Virus record (IMG/VR): IMGVR_UViG_3300045988_034764
DNA length: 26,494 nt
Source of the DNA: a virus
Taxonomy: Duplodnaviria; Heunggongvirae; Uroviricota; Caudoviricetes
Strand: one strand, 5' to 3'
In this document: one piece after another, positions 23,052-26,494 of the stretch
Numbering within the stretch: the first letter of the stretch is position 1
Layout of the letters: every line of letters starts with the position of its first letter
Made by a program: the position numbers and the translations under genes
The notes under the pieces: model-generated
Database searches by the model: none
What the model was told of the DNA's origin: nothing
The model's input: only the letters and a program-made list of their open reading frames with translations

Positions 23052-23243
23052 ATGAAACACGAATATGACCGCAAACCAGCACGTGACATCGTACCGGGTG
23101 ACATGATTTTCAACGTTAAGACACGTCGTCCTGTCGCCGTTGATACGGTGTACGTCGAGTCGAACGGTAAACTGGTTATCGAAGATGTAACCGGTAACGT
23201 TACGGCGTTCGGGCGTAAAGAGTTAGTTCTGGTGGCGAAATGA
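23052..23243 (+). CDS. Hypothetical protein (63 aa)
   Basis: Track ORF with AAGGA SD; ATGA overlap with the next gene. Confidence 0.55.
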   Translation: MKHEYDRKPARDIVPGDMIFNVKTRRPVAVDTVYVESNGKLVIEDVTGNVTAFGRKELVLVAK

Positions 23244-23923
23244 TTGTCTGGTCCTTGTTTGACGGTTCGGGCCTTATGGCCCAACCGTGGGCGGAAGCAG
23301 GCCATACTTGCTATTGTTTCAACTACGACGGCGCTAACCACGGCGACTACGCACGATTGGGTGCAAAAGTTGTACATGAAAATATCCATTATATAAACGC
23401 GTGGATTGATAATAGATTCGACTTCGGCGTTGCGCCGGATATTATTTTTGCGTTCCCTCCGTGCACAGATTTAGCCGTTAGCGGTGCGGCGCATTTTGAA
23501 ACGAAGCGGAAGAATAACCCAACTTTTCAGGTAGAGGCCGTAATTACATGCAAAGTGGCGGCGCGTCTGGCTAAAAAATACAACGTACCTTATATGATTG
23601 AAAACCCTGTTAGCGTTCTTTCGTCTCTATGGCGTAAGCCAGACTACGTGTTCAATCCGTACGAATACGGTGGATATTTACCGGAAGGCGACGCACATCC
23701 AATGTTCCCGGATGTTATTCCAGCGCGAGATGCGTATGTTAAAAAGACGTGCCTGTGGACGGGCAATGGGTTTGTTATGCCAGACGTTGCCGTGGTTAGC
23801 GCGGATAGTGGAGATAACCCTGGTTGGGCTAAACTCGGCGGAAAGAGCGCCAGAACAAAAACAATCCGCAGCCTTACTCCGCGCGGTTTCGCAAAAGCAG
23901 TTTACGAGGCTAATCATGTCTAA
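23240..23923 (+). CDS. Minimal DNA (cytosine-5)-methyltransferase-like protein
   Basis: 227 aa; C5-MTase motif I-like LFDGSG, motif IV-like FPPCTDLAVSG (PC catalytic dipeptide), motif VI-like IENP; no room for a target-recognition domain. Confidence 0.5.
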   Translation: MIVWSLFDGSGLMAQPWAEAGHTCYCFNYDGANHGDYARLGAKVVHENIHYINAWIDNRFDFGVAPDIIFAFPPCTDLAVSGAAHFETKRKNNPTFQVEAVITCKVAARLAKKYNVPYMIENPVSVLSSLWRKPDYVFNPYEYGGYLPEGDAHPMFPDVIPARDAYVKKTCLWTGNGFVMPDVAVVSADSGDNPGWAKLGGKSARTKTIRSLTPRGFAKAVYEANHV

Positions 23924-25340
23924 GTTTCAAAGGCGCGAATACCAGAAGCTCATGACCTCGTTCATGTTGCGGCACAATCGCTGCAACATATGGGCGAGCA
24001 TGGGCGCCGGGAAGACTGGCAGCGTACTGTGGGCATTAAACCGACTGTTCCGCAACGGCCAACTTAATGATGACGACCGCGTGTTAATACTCGCCCCGCT
24101 GCGCGTTGCGTCAGGTACATGGCCCGCGGAACAAACTAAGTGGGGTTTCCCGTGTCTGCGCGTCATAGACGCGACCGGTTCAGAAAAGCGCCGCATCGCT
24201 GCGCTGGAGTCAGACGCTAATGTAATTTGTATTAACTATGAGGTTATAGAGTGGCTTATCGACTATTACGGAGTAGATGACTGGCCCTTTACTGTGATAG
24301 TTAACGATGAAAGCACGAAGCTTAAGTCATTCCGTAGCCGTTCAGGCGGGAGCAAGAGGGCAAAGGCGCTTAGTAAAGTAGCATTTAGAAATGTTAAGAG
24401 GCTGATAAACCTTACGGGAACACCGTCACCGAACGGCCTCAAGGACTTGTGGGGTCAGAACTGGTTTATAGACGCAGGCGAGCGCCTCGGTTCTTCATAC
24501 ACGGCGTTCACCGACCGCTGGTTTAACTCGGTGCAAAAAGGCAAATCGGCTATGGCGCGGGAGTACCACGCACGCCCGGGAGCAGATAATGAAATTCACC
24601 AGAAGATGAAGGACATCAGCCTGACTATTGACGCCGCCGAGTGGTTTGGTTGCGAAGCTCCGATTATTGTGCCAGTTGAAATCGACCTGCCGAAGAAAGC
24701 GCGTCAGGCGTACATAGATATGGAGGAAAAGTTATTCGCGGAACTGGAGAGCGGAGAAGTTGAAGCGGCTAACGCGGCAGCGAAGACGTCGAAGTGCCTG
24801 CAGATTGCTTCTGGTGCCGTGTACGTGTCAGGACCGGATGGCGAAGCAACGAAAGACTGGGAGAAAGTGCACGATACGAAACTGGATGCGCTTGAGTCCA
24901 TTGTTGAGGAGTTACAGGGCGCGCCGTTGCTGGTGGCCTATCAGTTCAAGCACGAACTGGAGCGCATCCTTAAGCGATTCCCGCAAGCACAGGCGTTTGC
25001 TAAAGGCGCTAAGGGTAATAAGCAGATGGAAGCGTGGAACCGTGGTGAAATCGAAATCCTATGCGTACATCCTGCGTCAGCCGGTCATGGTTTGAATTTA
25101 CAGGACGGCGGGCATCATCTGGCGTTTATTTCGCAGGGCTGGAACCTTGAGCACTATTTGCAGGTCGTCGAACGTATAGGCCCGGTCCGCCAGAAACAGG
25201 CAGGCCACGAACGACCGGTGTTCCTCTACCACATCGTCGCTAAAGACACGCTGGACGAGGTTGTTGCCGCGCGTACAGACGAGAAGAAATCGGTGCAGGA
25301 AGAGTTGCTTAATTACATGAAGAGACGAGGTAAGAAATGA
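23916..25340 (+). CDS. SNF2-family DNA-dependent ATPase / helicase
   Basis: Start moved to ATG overlapping the upstream stop (474 aa); Walker A GAGKTG, DESTK box, LTGTPSPNGL motif, C-terminal helicase region. Confidence 0.8.
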   Translation: MSKFQRREYQKLMTSFMLRHNRCNIWASMGAGKTGSVLWALNRLFRNGQLNDDDRVLILAPLRVASGTWPAEQTKWGFPCLRVIDATGSEKRRIAALESDANVICINYEVIEWLIDYYGVDDWPFTVIVNDESTKLKSFRSRSGGSKRAKALSKVAFRNVKRLINLTGTPSPNGLKDLWGQNWFIDAGERLGSSYTAFTDRWFNSVQKGKSAMAREYHARPGADNEIHQKMKDISLTIDAAEWFGCEAPIIVPVEIDLPKKARQAYIDMEEKLFAELESGEVEAANAAAKTSKCLQIASGAVYVSGPDGEATKDWEKVHDTKLDALESIVEELQGAPLLVAYQFKHELERILKRFPQAQAFAKGAKGNKQMEAWNRGEIEILCVHPASAGHGLNLQDGGHHLAFISQGWNLEHYLQVVERIGPVRQKQAGHERPVFLYHIVAKDTLDEVVAARTDEKKSVQEELLNYMKRRGKK

Positions 25341-25516
25341 AATTTAATACAGCATTAATAGTTTTGTGGCTATTTTGCCGAGTGGGGCCTGGGTCGGTAT
25401 TATTATTGTGCGGTATCTTGGACGGAAAAACCTTTGATGCGGGTGTGATGGTGGGCGCGGGAATGATGCTGTTGGCTGCCGGTGTCGCAGAATTGTATAA
25501 GGATTTTAAGAAATGA
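25337..25516 (+). CDS. Small membrane protein (59 aa), not in ORF track
   Basis: ATGA overlap with the SNF2 stop; two hydrophobic helices. Confidence 0.4.
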   Translation: MKFNTALIVLWLFCRVGPGSVLLLCGILDGKTFDAGVMVGAGMMLLAAGVAELYKDFKK

Positions 25517-25650
25517 ACATCATGGCCCCGATTCCGGCATTGCAAAAACGTATCAAGGAACTCGAAGAAGAGGTTCTACGACTACGGCAACAGAGAGACG
25601 CCGCTAATGCGCAACTGGCGTTTATACTGGAGAAGTTATCAGGAGAGTAG
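25513..25650 (+). CDS. Small coiled-coil protein (45 aa), not in ORF track
   Basis: ATGA overlap with upstream ORF; heptad-like KRIKELEEEVLRLRQQ; followed by a terminator. Confidence 0.35.
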   Translation: MNIMAPIPALQKRIKELEEEVLRLRQQRDAANAQLAFILEKLSGE

Positions 25651-25654
25651 AGAA

Positions 25655-25680
25655 AAGGCCCCGTTTGGGGCCTTAGTTTT
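25655..25680. terminator. Intrinsic terminator between convergent genes
   Basis: AAGGCCCC-GTTT-GGGGCCTT hairpin followed by AGTTTT. Confidence 0.5.
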
Positions 25681-26494
25681 AGCTAGTTACATTACCAGCA
25701 ACCTTCCACACACCAGAGCCAACATGGACCCATTTATAAGGTCGCCCAGCAACTGGTGTCAGAAGCTCCCATCGCGCACCATTGCCGAATTGGGTGACTG
25801 AAGAATCAGGGGGAGCATCCCCGTATACATGCGCAATGCCGTTAATTTTGTAACCAGCAGCTGTCCATGTGTACGTACCCCAGATTGTATAATTACCTCC
25901 CCAGTCTGAGTAGTTAAACTGCGAAACACCTGCTGCCCACAGCACACGGGAGGCTGCCGGTGCAACGGTATTAATCAGGTTAATGGTAGTGTCATTAACT
26001 TGCCAGTATTTGCTAGTAGGTGAACCAGCAAACTCCGGCAGGTAGCTACCAGTAATGGTGACTGCACATTGAGTAAAGATGCAGGCAACACTTCCCGTAT
26101 CTGTGAGATTAACACTACGAAAGGCATTAATAGATAAGCGAGATTGATTACACTCAAAGAGGCTACCATGAATCTCTTCTGCCCCGCAGCCGTCCATAAC
26201 TACACTAGTGCACCCTAAGAACACATAAGCGGAACCAGTTACATAATCCGTTGCACAACCTTTAAGATTGGAATAAGTAATGTTAGTAAACTTATATGCC
26301 CACCGGGATACATTCCTGACATAAACGTTATTTAAGTTAAAAGTTGTGCCGCCGGTGTCTACAGAAATGCCATCTTGAACATCTTTAATGATAAGTGAAT
26401 CAAACACCTGAAGCCAGCTATCACTTGTTCGGTACCCTGTCATCACGTTTTCTATATACAGGTCTTCTAATCGAACCATATAGCTTATTGCACT
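25679..26494 (-). CDS. Tail fibre / tailspike protein, C-terminal part (gene continues beyond window end)
   Basis: Frame open to the window edge; G/T/S/N/Y/W-rich beta-helix-like composition typical of receptor-binding tail fibre C-termini. Confidence 0.5.
   Translation of the reverse strand, partial: SAISYMVRLEDLYIENVMTGYRTSDSWLQVFDSLIIKDVQDGISVDTGGTTFNLNNVYVRNVSRWAYKFTNITYSNLKGCATDYVTGSAYVFLGCTSVVMDGCGAEEIHGSLFECNQSRLSINAFRSVNLTDTGSVACIFTQCAVTITGSYLPEFAGSPTSKYWQVNDTTINLINTVAPAASRVLWAAGVSQFNYSDWGGNYTIWGTYTWTAAGYKINGIAHVYGDAPPDSSVTQFGNGARWELLTPVAGRPYKWVHVGSGVWKVAGNVTS

Noticed and set aside
23598-23915. Upstream extension of the SNF2 ORF (track start at 23598)
   Set aside because: Overlaps the C5-MTase-like gene in another frame; the ATG at 23916 overlaps that gene's stop and precedes the Walker A motif at a typical distance
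25759-26169. Two minus-strand alternative-frame ORFs (64-68 aa)
   Set aside because: Lie inside the tail fibre coding region in other frames
1-26494. Looked for rRNA, tRNA, CRISPR repeat-spacer arrays, integrase/recombinase genes and IS elements
   Set aside because: No T-loop (GGTTCGAATCC-like) contexts, no regularly spaced direct repeats, and no ORF with tyrosine or serine recombinase or transposase motifs were seen

Overview
This window reads as a segment of a tailed dsDNA phage genome; I found no rRNA, tRNA, CRISPR array or integrase. Layout: (i) a minus-strand packaging/head block (small and large terminase, portal, Mu F-like head morphogenesis protein, Ig-like structural protein; 184-6699), interrupted by a plus-strand, moron-like cassette encoding a YhhQ-like membrane transporter and a DpdA-like (TGT-paralog) DNA transglycosylase (1789-3147), which is the most interesting system here; (ii) a minus-strand array of about 20 small early-type genes ending in an HslV-like peptidase and a holin / membrane protein / lysozyme lysis cassette (6923-12756); (iii) a GC-rich structured divergent control region (12760-13420); (iv) a plus-strand replication/recombination module (AlpA-like regulator, primase-helicase, Cas4-like nuclease, DUF2815-like SSB, family A DNA polymerase, VRR-NUC nuclease, minimal C5-MTase-like protein, SNF2 ATPase; 13421-25650) carrying one antisense XRE-family regulator gene with a divergent promoter switch; (v) the 3' part of a minus-strand tail fibre gene (25679-26494). 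A 19-bp operator-like motif (TGAATAGTnnnCTATTATA) overlaps at least six promoter-like sites, and a family of AAGGCCCC-loop-GGGGCCTT hairpins marks operon ends. Everything was called by eye from the sequence and the ORF track; no homology search was run. Products are family-level hypotheses. Several CDS starts were moved from the ORF-track start to an in-frame start with a Shine-Dalgarno sequence. Small ORFs under 60 aa and all non-CDS motif coordinates are approximate (+/- 3 nt).
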